Origin: Spirochaetia bacterium | GTDB taxonomy: Bacteria > Spirochaetota > Spirochaetia > WTKD01 > G963693115 | Direction of reading: 5' to 3' | DNA: 64,000 bases | NCBI GenBank assembly: GCA_965216965.1 | Contig: CBDCGX010000010.1 | Location: forward strand, 6,249 to 70,248 | Part shown: one piece after another, positions 9,482 to 19,127 of the stretch | How positions within the stretch are numbered: position 1 is the stretch's first letter | How the letters are laid out: each line of letters starts with the position of its first letter | Translations under genes and position numbers: made by a program | The notes under the pieces: generated by a model | What the model saw: only the letters and a program-made list of their open reading frames with translations | Databases searched by the model: none | What the model was told of the DNA's origin: nothing

Positions 9482-10624
9482 GTGAATATACCAAAGAAAG
9501 AGCTTGAAGTATATCAAAGTCTCACCAAGTTTTTTTACAATATAGTATTTTCTTCTCAATATAAGCATTTGCTTGGCTGGGAGAGCAGAGAAACTCAAGA
9601 AGCAAGGTTTGAAGTGCTTGTACAGGAAGTACGGGAAAGTGCATGCTGTGTTTCTGGATGTAGTGTGCTTGATGTTGGATGTGGATATGGTGACTTATAT
9701 AAATATATAATGAAACAGAAAGATGTTTTTAAAAAATATGTGGGAGTAGATAGTGCAATAGAATGTATAAGCGAAGCAAGTCTCACATATAAAAATGATT
9801 CATCCACATTGTTTTTGCATGATAATGTATTATCTCCTACAATGAGCACTTCATGGGGGATGCATGATGTAGTGTTTATGTCGGGTCTTCTTAATCTTAA
9901 TTTAGATGGTAGCATGTATAAGGGTGCTAATAGAGCTCTTGTTCTTTTTGTTATTCAAAAAATGCTTTTTCATTCTAAGAAAATTGTAGTGTGTAATTTT
10001 TTGCATAAAAAATCTCCTAGCAAAGATCCTTTATTTTTCTACCATGATCCAAATGAATTGATATCTTTTCTTGAAAAGAATGGAATAGGCGTAAGCAATA
10101 TGAAAGAGGAATATCTCTCTAATGATTTTACTTTAGTATTAAAAAAAAATGTTAGCCATCATGGTGTGAAAACAGGTGGCACAACAGTTAATATATATAC
10201 CGATGGAGGATGTAGCGGTAACCCTGGAATAGGTGCGTGGGCATTTATTAGTGGCTCTTTCGCTATAGAGCAAAGTGGCGGTTCTCATCATACAACAAAT
10301 AATAAAATGGAGTTACAAGCAGCAATAGAGGCGCTTGTATGGTCAGAAAAAAACGCTAAAAATAAACACATAGTTATTCATACTGATTCTCAATATGTAA
10401 AAAGAGGAATCACAGAATGGATTGACAAATGGATACGAAGAAAGTGGATATTAGAAAATAGAACTTCTGTAAAGAACAAGGAGTTATGGGAAGCATTGTA
10501 TGCACTTACAAAAACGCAACGGGTTACATGGGTATGGGTGAAAGGGCATGTAGGAGACGAGTATAATGAGAAATGTCACTTGCTTGTAGAAAAAAAAATA
10601 AAAGCTTTAAAAATAAAATACTAA
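9482..10624 (+). CDS. rnhA: Class I SAM-dependent methyltransferase fused in frame to ribonuclease HI
   Basis: N-part VLDVGCGYGD; C-part IYTDGGCSGNPG, TNNKMEL, TDSQYV, KNKELW, WVKGH; junction contains an A9 run at 10141-10149. Confidence 0.85.
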   Translation: MNIPKKELEVYQSLTKFFYNIVFSSQYKHLLGWESRETQEARFEVLVQEVRESACCVSGCSVLDVGCGYGDLYKYIMKQKDVFKKYVGVDSAIECISEASLTYKNDSSTLFLHDNVLSPTMSTSWGMHDVVFMSGLLNLNLDGSMYKGANRALVLFVIQKMLFHSKKIVVCNFLHKKSPSKDPLFFYHDPNELISFLEKNGIGVSNMKEEYLSNDFTLVLKKNVSHHGVKTGGTTVNIYTDGGCSGNPGIGAWAFISGSFAIEQSGGSHHTTNNKMELQAAIEALVWSEKNAKNKHIVIHTDSQYVKRGITEWIDKWIRRKWILENRTSVKNKELWEALYALTKTQRVTWVWVKGHVGDEYNEKCHLLVEKKIKALKIKY

Positions 10625-10756
10625 AGTAAACTACTATTTGTTATAAAGATCTACCAAAATGGATTTTTATTTTTAAATATATTACAATTAATCTTGAAAA
10701 AAATAAAACATACTCCCCATTATTACTATATTTAAGGTGTGGTTGAGGTTAAGCAT

Positions 10757-11110
10757 ATGATCAAACAAGATAGTAATAAAGAACAAACTACTAATGACAT
10801 AGAACAGGTAAGCGATAAGGAGCGAGTGATTGTATTATTATTGTCATGGTTTTTGGGGATGCTGGGAATACATAGATTTTATGTAAAGAGAAAAAAGTCT
10901 GCAATTGTAATGTTCGTATTATTCGTTGCAGTGGTGGGGAAATTTATTGTTTTTCTATGGAACCCTGCTGATATGATATATGTATTGGTAGTGCTTATAC
11001 CGTTTTATCTTGTTTTGCTTATATGGAGTGGTGCTGATACAGTATGCATACTTATTGGAGAATTTAAAGATGGAGATGGGTTGAAAATAAAGAAATGGCT
11101 GTCCAAGTAA
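10757..11110 (+). CDS. TM2-domain membrane protein, copy 1 (extra 22-aa hydrophobic segment)
   Basis: SDKER..LLLSWFLGMLGIHRFYV TM2 signature; C-terminal GEFKDGDG. Confidence 0.88.
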   Translation: MIKQDSNKEQTTNDIEQVSDKERVIVLLLSWFLGMLGIHRFYVKRKKSAIVMFVLFVAVVGKFIVFLWNPADMIYVLVVLIPFYLVLLIWSGADTVCILIGEFKDGDGLKIKKWLSK

Positions 11111-11311
11111 TTCTTATTGGAGAATTGAGAAAATAATTTATATTGCCGATATTGGTAATAATCGAATACGAAAGATAACACTTCCCTATGCATAAAGCTT
11201 ACCATGACGATTTCTATCTTTGATATTACAACTAATTTCACAGGAAGTAAAATGAAAATGTGAAAATAAAGACTTATTATTGCTATACTTGAAGTATGGA
11301 GTTTAGAGAAT

Positions 11312-11596
11312 ATGCTTAAAGAATTGAATGATAAAGAACAAACTACTAATGACATGGAACAGGTAAGCGATAAAGAACGGCTGGTTGTATTGTTATTAGC
11401 ATGGTTTTTAGGTATACTAGGAATACATAGGTTTTATGTAAAGAGAAAGAAGTCTGCAATTGTAATGCTATTATTGTCTATTACAATAATAGGAGGAATT
11501 GCTACTACTATATGGAATATTACTGATATGGTATATATACTTATTGGAGAATTCAGAGATGGAGATGGACTAAAAGTAAAAAAATGGCTGTCGTAG
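11312..11596 (+). CDS. TM2-domain membrane protein, copy 2
   Basis: LLLAWFLGILGIHRFYV; GEFRDGDG. Confidence 0.9.
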   Translation: MLKELNDKEQTTNDMEQVSDKERLVVLLLAWFLGILGIHRFYVKRKKSAIVMLLLSITIIGGIATTIWNITDMVYILIGEFRDGDGLKVKKWLS

Positions 11597-11747
11597 CATA
11601 TTAATATCCATTAGTGGAGTAGTTGTGACAAGCGATGGAAAAACTTCAAAGTGGTATTGATTCTCTAAAATACTGAATACAAAAGATAATACTCCCGTAG
11701 GTAAAATCCCTGTATTAGTGCATTAGTGGTAAAGTAATAGTTATCTA

Positions 11748-11776
11748 AAAGCCCATCATGATGGGCTTTATTTTTT
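11748..11776 (+). terminator. Perfect 22-bp palindrome followed by a T-run; likely intrinsic terminator
   Basis: AAAGCCCATCATGATGGGCTTT (11748-11769), then A and TTTTTT. Confidence 0.6.
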
Positions 11777-11865
11777 ATACACAATTAATCTGCAAGGAAG
11801 AGAAAAAACACAAGAATAAAATACTCATTAATATACTATAATTATATTAATTAGGAGGTAGGATA

Positions 11866-12111
11866 ATGACTGAACCAGTAAGTGATAAAGAACGGGTAGT
11901 CGTGTTGCTATTGGCATGGTTTTTAGGGTTGCTAGGAATACATAGGTTCTATGTAAAGAGGAAAAAGTCTGCTATTATAATGCTTGTATTAACTATTACA
12001 ATAGTAGGGGGAATTGTTACAGTTATATGGAATATTGTTGATATGATATACATACTTATTGGAGAATTTAAAGATGATGATGGATTAAAAATAAAAACGT
12101 GGTTATCCTAA
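11866..12111 (+). CDS. TM2-domain membrane protein, copy 3
   Basis: LLLAWFLGLLGIHRFYV; GEFKDDDG; strong AGGAGG RBS. Confidence 0.9.
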   Translation: MTEPVSDKERVVVLLLAWFLGLLGIHRFYVKRKKSAIIMLVLTITIVGGIVTVIWNIVDMIYILIGEFKDDDGLKIKTWLS

Positions 12112-12159
12112 GTATATTAATATATACATAAAAAACATCAAAATTATAGAGGAGAAAAT

Positions 12160-14154
12160 ATGAGTAAAGTAAATGATATTATACTTAATGGGATTGCACT
12201 ATCTGTACGCATGCTTTCAGTAGATGCAATTAGTAAAGCAAATTCGGGACATCCGGGCTTGCCGCTAGGTCTTGCAGAATTGGGAGCATTGCTTTTTGCA
12301 GAAGTGCTTTCGTATAATCCCGCAGATTCACAATGGAAGGGGCGAGATAGACTTGTTCTTTCGGCAGGACATGGGTCTATGTGGCTCTATAGCTTGCTTC
12401 ATTTAAGTGGCTATAAAGTTACGCTATCGGACATAAAGAAATTTAGACAGTTTGGTTCTAAAACTCCTGGTCATCCTGAATATGGACATGTAGATGGAGT
12501 TGAAACAACGACAGGCCCCTTAGGAGCAGGATTTTCTAACGGTGTTGGGATGGCAATTGCAGAGAGAATGATTTCTAAAAAATTCAAGGGAATTATAAAC
12601 AACTATACATATGTGGTATCGGGCGATGGATGTATGATGGAGGGAATTACCTCAGAATCCGCCTCACTGGCAGGGCATTTGAAATTAGGGAAACTTATCG
12701 TTTTTTATGATTCAAATGGTATTAGTATAGAAGGTTCTACAGATCTTGCCTTTACTGAAGATGTTTCAAAGAGATATGCTTCCTATAATTGGCAAGTACT
12801 CAAGGTAAATGCTCACAATTATGAGAGCATGAGAAAAGCAATTGCTGAGGCAAAAAAAGAGAAGAATAAACCGTCTATTATTATATGCAAATCTATAATA
12901 GGAAAGGGAGCTCCTACCCTTCAGGGAACAGAAAAAGTTCATGGTGCCCCGCTACCACAAAAAGAATGTGAGGCTATGAAAAGAAAGTATAAAATAGATC
13001 CGCAAAAACAATTTTATATTGATCCAAATGCGATTGTATTTTTTGCAAAAAAGAAAAAGAAGAATATTGAACTCTGTATGAGCTGGAATAAAAAACTTTC
13101 ACAATGGAAAAAGACTTCTATAAAAAACAAGAGGGAGTGGGATGGGTATTTTGACAAGAAAACAACAAAGAATATTCAATGGCCACAATATAAAAAGGGA
13201 GATAGTCTTGCAACTAGAAAGGCAAATGGGGCATGTATAGAAGCAATCTCACAAGTAGCAGAGTGGTTTACTGGGGGATCTGCAGATTTACAACCATCAA
13301 ATAATACAAAAATGAGTAGAAAAAGTTTTACTGCTAACAATTGGGATGGTCGTATGATGCATTATGGTGTGCGTGAGCATGCTATGGGCGGAATTGTAAA
13401 TGGGATGACACTCTATGGAGGTCTTAGTGTGTTTGGAGCTACTTTTTTAGTGTTTGCAGATTATATGAGACCAGCCTTGCGTCTCGCAGCAATTATGAAA
13501 ATACCATCGAATTTTATATTTACTCATGATTCTATCTTTGTAGGAGAAGATGGACCTACTCATCAACCAGTTGAACAATTAGCATCATTGCGACTGATTC
13601 CTGATTTGAGAGTGTTTAGACCTGCAGATGCACAGGAGAGCGTATTGGCATGGGAAATGGCATTTTCTCAAAAAAAACACAACCTTAAAAGTAGTCCAAA
13701 CGCGTTGCTTTTTACGAGACAGAATATAACTGTGTTTGATAAACCTACTGGATGGCAAGAGAATGCAAAGCGAGGAGCATATGTTGTGGTTTCTTATAAA
13801 CAAAAAAAGAAAGGAGATGATCTTACTCTTGTTGCAACAGGGAGTGAGGTTTCTGTTGCATTGGAAGCTGCAAAAATACTAAGTAAATGTTATACTGTCC
13901 GCGTAGTATCTATGTTTTGTAAGGAATTGTATGATGATAAAAAAGAAAAGAAATGGAAAGAGACTATAATACCGCATAATAGCAAGGTAGTAGTTGTAGA
14001 AGCTGGAGTGCCTATGGGATGGGATAGCATAAGACCTATAGGGCATGTTTCTATAAATGAGTTTGGTTCATCTGGACCAGCTTCTACACTTGCAGAATAT
14101 TATGGGCTTGTACCCGCAGCAATTGCAAAAAAAGTTGAGACGTTTGTAAAATAA
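12160..14154 (+). CDS. tkt: Transketolase
   Basis: SGHPGLP, DRLVLSAGH, TPP motif GDGCMMEG, YGVREHAM, THDSIFVGEDGPTHQP. Confidence 0.98.
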   Translation: MSKVNDIILNGIALSVRMLSVDAISKANSGHPGLPLGLAELGALLFAEVLSYNPADSQWKGRDRLVLSAGHGSMWLYSLLHLSGYKVTLSDIKKFRQFGSKTPGHPEYGHVDGVETTTGPLGAGFSNGVGMAIAERMISKKFKGIINNYTYVVSGDGCMMEGITSESASLAGHLKLGKLIVFYDSNGISIEGSTDLAFTEDVSKRYASYNWQVLKVNAHNYESMRKAIAEAKKEKNKPSIIICKSIIGKGAPTLQGTEKVHGAPLPQKECEAMKRKYKIDPQKQFYIDPNAIVFFAKKKKKNIELCMSWNKKLSQWKKTSIKNKREWDGYFDKKTTKNIQWPQYKKGDSLATRKANGACIEAISQVAEWFTGGSADLQPSNNTKMSRKSFTANNWDGRMMHYGVREHAMGGIVNGMTLYGGLSVFGATFLVFADYMRPALRLAAIMKIPSNFIFTHDSIFVGEDGPTHQPVEQLASLRLIPDLRVFRPADAQESVLAWEMAFSQKKHNLKSSPNALLFTRQNITVFDKPTGWQENAKRGAYVVVSYKQKKKGDDLTLVATGSEVSVALEAAKILSKCYTVRVVSMFCKELYDDKKEKKWKETIIPHNSKVVVVEAGVPMGWDSIRPIGHVSINEFGSSGPASTLAEYYGLVPAAIAKKVETFVK

Positions 14155-14175
14155 TAAATGTAAGAGAGTAAAATA

Positions 14176-16008
14176 ATGAATGGACGCCTCCCCCAAAAAA
14201 AGAGAAATATTTTAATAAGAATATATATGTGTATGGAATGGATAGTTCGTGTATGTATTACGCTTTTCATCTCCACTATTATTATTGCGAGTGGGGTTTT
14301 TGTTCTTATTGGGATTATTAGTGTGCTAAAAAAAGATACTTTAGAGGGTTTTTTTATAGTAAAGGAAAAATCTCAACCTAATGTATTACTTTTTGATCCA
14401 CAGGGTGTAATGAAAGAAATATATGAAGGATCTTATGGAGGGTTTAATAGTTCAAAGTTATTGCTTGAGGTAAAAAAGTCTATTTCTTTTTCTACGAATA
14501 TAATTTCTTTACAAGAGTTTACAGAAGCTTTGTATAAAGCGGCTAAAGATAAAAACATACAAGCTGCTGTATTCAATTTCCAGGATCTTGTATTTGATAG
14601 TCTCTTAAGTCAACAAGCAGCGACACATGCTTTGCAGACCTTTAAAAATTCTGGAAAGAAAATTGTTATTTTTGACACTATAGACATGTCTACATATATG
14701 GCATCTTCTACTGCTGATGTTCTTGTAGTTGATGAGTTAGATCCAATTCTTCTTACGGGAATGAAAAATGGGAATTTATATCAAAAGGGATTTTATGATA
14801 AATTAAAAGTAGATGTAGAAGTATTTTATCAAGGAAAATACAAAAGCTCGCCAGAAGTATATTTTAGAGATTCATTATCAAAATATGCAAAAGAGAATCT
14901 TATTGAAATTGTAACTGGAGATTGGAATAAATTTCTTTCATTGTCTGCTACAAATAGAGGGATAAGTGTCTTTGAGATAAATAATTTTATTAATACATAT
15001 GATGTGTTGCTATCTGATGAAAAAAGGATTGCGTATGTAGCACGTGACATGGGACTTGTTACTCATCTTTACAAGGGGGGCGAAAGTAAAAGTGATTATC
15101 TTATAGAATTACTTTCTACTGAGTTAAAAAAAGATAAACAAACGTTTAGATATAAAAGCTATCAAAATTATATTGATAATGCTTACCTTGTTAGTGAGTC
15201 AAAATACAATGTAGCGGTAATTTCGCTTGAAGGAAAGATAGAAGAACAGATTTCTACCGATACTACTATGGGTTCATTTAGCGTCGTTCCTTTTTTACAA
15301 GATATTTCAGACGATACAGGCATCAAAGCAATTGTAATACGCGTAAATTCTCCGGGAGGAGATGTAATTGCTGCCCAGAAAATACGAAGAAAAATCCTTT
15401 TTATTAAAGAAAAACGTAATATACCTGTTGTTGTGTCTATGGGAAGAGTTGCGGCTTCGGGAGGTTATCTTATATCGACGGTAGCAGATCTTATTATCGC
15501 TGATCCATTTACCATTACGGGATCAATAGGAGTGTATGCTGTAGATTTTAATTTTAATAATTTCTTAGATTCTTTGGGAATATATTGGGATGGATATACT
15601 ACGACGTGGCTAGCTGATATCAATAATAATAAAATTCCTTTAACAGAGAGGATGCAAAATCTAAAGACCTTGCAAGTAGAGAAAATATATAAAAGATTCT
15701 TAGGGTATGTTGCAAAAGCAAGAAATATGAGTATACAAGAAGTAGATACTATAGCCCAGGGAAAAGTATATACTGCCACTGGAGCACTAAAGGTAAATCT
15801 GATAGATAAGATTGGAACATTGCAAGATGCTATAAAAATTGCAGCAGAACGAGCAAAACTTGATGAAATAAAAGTAGCATATTTTGTCCCCGCTAAAAAA
15901 ATAAATATGTCCAACTCTATTAACTTCTTTTTGGCGACCACTATTAAAAAAAATCTTGCGAGTGTAATAAAAACGCTATTATTTGAAGATCAAGCATCTT
16001 TTCGTTAA
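14176..16008 (+). CDS. sppA: Signal peptide peptidase SppA (long form, S49)
   Basis: GKYKS, RVNSPGG, SMGRVAASGGY, TGSIGV, AQGKVYT; N-terminal TM. Confidence 0.93.
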   Translation: MNGRLPQKKRNILIRIYMCMEWIVRVCITLFISTIIIASGVFVLIGIISVLKKDTLEGFFIVKEKSQPNVLLFDPQGVMKEIYEGSYGGFNSSKLLLEVKKSISFSTNIISLQEFTEALYKAAKDKNIQAAVFNFQDLVFDSLLSQQAATHALQTFKNSGKKIVIFDTIDMSTYMASSTADVLVVDELDPILLTGMKNGNLYQKGFYDKLKVDVEVFYQGKYKSSPEVYFRDSLSKYAKENLIEIVTGDWNKFLSLSATNRGISVFEINNFINTYDVLLSDEKRIAYVARDMGLVTHLYKGGESKSDYLIELLSTELKKDKQTFRYKSYQNYIDNAYLVSESKYNVAVISLEGKIEEQISTDTTMGSFSVVPFLQDISDDTGIKAIVIRVNSPGGDVIAAQKIRRKILFIKEKRNIPVVVSMGRVAASGGYLISTVADLIIADPFTITGSIGVYAVDFNFNNFLDSLGIYWDGYTTTWLADINNNKIPLTERMQNLKTLQVEKIYKRFLGYVAKARNMSIQEVDTIAQGKVYTATGALKVNLIDKIGTLQDAIKIAAERAKLDEIKVAYFVPAKKINMSNSINFFLATTIKKNLASVIKTLLFEDQASFR

Positions 16009-16041
16009 TGTTTCTCCTATTTTTGATAGGAGAAACATTAA
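16005..16041. terminator. Perfect 16-bp stem-loop overlapping the sppA stop
   Basis: TTAATGTTTCTCCTAT-TTTTG-ATAGGAGAAACATTAA. Confidence 0.7.
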
Positions 16042-16139
16042 AAGGCTCTCATTTTGTGTGGAAAATCCTAAAATACGCATAGAATGTGTACTAAATTAAA
16101 CACTTGATAATCTAAAGAGTAAATATTTTTCAATATACT

Positions 16140-16168
16140 TTGACCTTCTATAGAATTATGAATATTAT
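16140..16168 (+). promoter_or_regulatory. sigma70-like promoter of clpS-clpA
   Basis: TTGACC-N17-TATTAT. Confidence 0.55.
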
Positions 16169-16197
16169 ATAAATATAGCAAATATAAATTATTTAAA

Positions 16198-16626
16198 ATG
16201 GATATGGATACATTAACTATAAACTATAATTATCTGGAAGAATTTCAATTTTTTTGTCTCAATGGAGCAAAGGATTCTCCTTCTTCTGAACAAAATAATA
16301 TTTTTCAAAATGGGGCACACGAAGATGCTTATAAAAAAGAAAAATATACCATAGAGTATGGCAAACGCTCCTTTAAACTGTATAAATTATTTATTCATAA
16401 TAATGATGCTACTCCAATGAATTTTGTTGTTCAGGTTATTAAAGTTGTATTTAGCAAAGCGCCTTCCGAAGCATATGCAATTATGTATGAGGCACATTGT
16501 TATGGTAAAGCTGTTTTAGGCGTGTTTGCAAAAGATATTGCTGATGCGTATATAAAGAATATAACTTTTATAGCAAGAAAGCATGGATATACGCTCCATT
16601 GCTCAAAAATAGTATGTAAAAAATAA
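16198..16626 (+). CDS. clpS: Clp protease adaptor ClpS
   Basis: YKLFIHNNDATPMNFVV..IMYEAHCYGKAVLG; immediately upstream of clpA. Confidence 0.9.
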   Translation: MDMDTLTINYNYLEEFQFFCLNGAKDSPSSEQNNIFQNGAHEDAYKKEKYTIEYGKRSFKLYKLFIHNNDATPMNFVVQVIKVVFSKAPSEAYAIMYEAHCYGKAVLGVFAKDIADAYIKNITFIARKHGYTLHCSKIVCKK

Positions 16627-16627
16627 T

Positions 16628-19028
16628 ATGAGTAAAACAAGAAAAATTGTATTTGATGAAATAGTTACGTTGATTTTTAATGCTGCTATAGATGAGGCAC
16701 ATAAAATGAAACATATGTATCTTACTCCAGAACATGTTCTTTTTTGCACGCTACAATTCCATCCGGTTAAAGGTGCTTTAGAGCTTCTTCAGGTTGATCC
16801 ACTTAGTATAGAAAAAGAAGTTCAAGAATATCTTTCGCACATAAAGGAAACAACAACAAAGGAACATCCAAGTCGTTCTCCTGGTTTTGAAAAATTACTT
16901 GAATGTGTTTGCAAACATATTCAAGTAGAGAAGAAAAAAGAAGTAGACATCGTAGTGCTTTTATATTCTTTTATTGATTTAGAAAATATACAAAATACAT
17001 ATTTTTTTCGAGGGCGAAATATTACTGTAAAAAAAATTAGAGAGATTTTTGATAGTAGAAGCGTGTTTGATAGTTATTTGAAATTTAGACATGAAGAAGA
17101 CATATCTGATTCATATGATAACGAAGAATTTTTAGAAGAAGATATGATAGAAAAAAGAATAGATATTGAATTAAACGAACAGATGCTTGATCATTTTACT
17201 ACTAACCTTAATAATAATATCAAAAATGCTGATCCTTTTATAGGACAAGAAACTGTTATACATGAAGTATTTCAGGTTCTTTTGCGAAGAAGGAAAAACA
17301 ATGTTTTACTTCTTGGGGATGCTGGAGTTGGGAAAACGGCTCTTGTGAGAGAGGTTGCTCGGAGAATAGAAGCAAATATGGTTCCCGAACAGCTCAAAAG
17401 TATTACAATACTTGAATTGAATATTGTTGCACTCGTAGCAGGGACTCGATATAGGGGGGGATTTTGAAGAACGAGTTCATAAACTTGTAAAAGAATTACA
17501 TGCTTCTCCTAAAAAATACATTCTTTTTATAGATGAAATGCACACTATATTAGGGGCAGGCGTTTCCTCGGGAAATACAAACGATTTTTCTGATATTATT
17601 AAGCCTCTTCTTGTTGATGGTAAAATACGTTTCATTGCTTCAACTACATATCAAGATTATAAATATATAGAAAAAGAAAGTGCTCTTGTTCGCCGTTTTC
17701 ATACAGTAGATGTGCCAGAGCCAAGCAAAGAAGCTACAAAGGAAATTTTAAATACTATTAAAGACGAGTATGAAAGTTTTTATTCCATAGCATATAATCA
17801 AGACGTGCTTGATTCTGTTATTGACTTGAGTGATAGTTTCTTAGTTGATCGTAAATTTCCTGATAAAGCAATTGATGTGCTTGATTCTGTGGGTGCTATG
17901 GTTAAGTTTCAGTCTTTTGCAGAAGGGAAAGAGAGAAAGAATATAAAGCAGAGAAAAACAATACGAACGGAAGATGTAGAAAAACTTATAGGAAGAATGG
18001 CAAAACAACCACCAAAGAATATAAATAAGAATGAGTTTTTGCATTTGTTGTCCGTGGAGAGGTATCTTAGCAAAAAAATTGTGGGGCAAAAAGAGGCCAT
18101 AGGAACCATTGTTAAAGCTGTACGGCGTTCTAAAAGTGGATTGAAAATAGAAAACAAACCACTTGTATCTGCACTTTTTGTAGGATCAACTGGAGTTGGA
18201 AAAACTGAGTTGTCTAAACAGCTTGCAGTTGAAATGTCTATGCATTTTCATCGCTTTGATATGAGCGAATATCAAGAAAAGCATTCTGTGGCAAAATTTA
18301 TTGGATCTCCTCCCGGATATGTAGGACATGAGCAAGGTGGAATTTTTATTGAGCGAGTACGAAGATATCCACATGCAGTAATTTTACTTGATGAAATAGA
18401 AAAAGCCCATCCTGATATTTTCAATTTGCTTTTGCAGATTATGGATTATGGTGTAATTACAGATAGTACTGGATTACAAGCTAATTTTAAAAACACAATG
18501 ATTATTATGACATCAAATATAGGGGTTAAAGAGGCTGCAAAATTACCAATTGGGTTTAGCAAAAATTCTACTTATGGAAGAGTGGATATACTTAATGCTG
18601 TTGAAAAGCTTTTTTCTCCAGAATTTAGAAACAGGCTTGATGAAATAGTTGTTTTTAATAATCTTAACAAAAAAAATATACAAACAATTGTAAAAAAAGA
18701 ATTATGTAGCATTAAAACCCTTTTACAAAAAAAGAAAATTGATTTTATATGGGAAAATTCAGTAGTATACTATCTTTCTGATAAAGGATATTCAGATTTA
18801 TATGGGGCTCGTAGTATATTAAGAGTTATAGACAAAGAAGTAAGAGATTTTATAGTAGAGGATATTATCTCGTTACTTGCACAGAAAGGGAGAAAGCACA
18901 ATAAATATATTGCTTGTATTAGGCTAACAGTAGATCAGGGTGCTATAAAAGTATATAAGGAAATAGTATCAGAAGAATTACAAAAAGACTTAAAAGATAA
19001 TGAAGTAGTGAAAAAAATCTCTCAGTGA
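16628..19028 (+). CDS. clpA: ATP-dependent Clp protease ATPase ClpA, frameshifted at a G7 run (17454-17460)
   Basis: Walker A motifs GDAGVGKT and GSTGVGKT, IGSPPGYVG, FSPEFRNRLD; removing one G restores GTRYRGDFEER. Confidence 0.9.
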
Positions 19029-19127
19029 TAAACAAGTAGGAGAAAAGTTGTTAAAGAGGGTCTAATTATAAAAAGAAAAACACTTCCTCTTATGGTAATA
19101 ACCTATTTGTAATAAAAATATTAGCAA

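Larger units (their letters stand above)
10640..12111 (+). repeat. Tandem triplication of a ~515-555 bp unit (upstream spacer + TM2 gene)
   Basis: Three homologous ORFs; spacers share similar motifs (acaattaatc/acaactaatt; gaatac(g/a)aaagataa). Confidence 0.85.

Noticed and set aside
11145-11152. GCCGATAT sigma28-like -10 between TM2 copies 1 and 2
   Set aside because: No TAAA at the required spacing.
10640-12111. TM2 repeats as a diversity-generating retroelement or CRISPR-like array
   Set aside because: No reverse transcriptase or cas genes; differences are not adenine-specific; units are whole genes, not short repeats with spacers.
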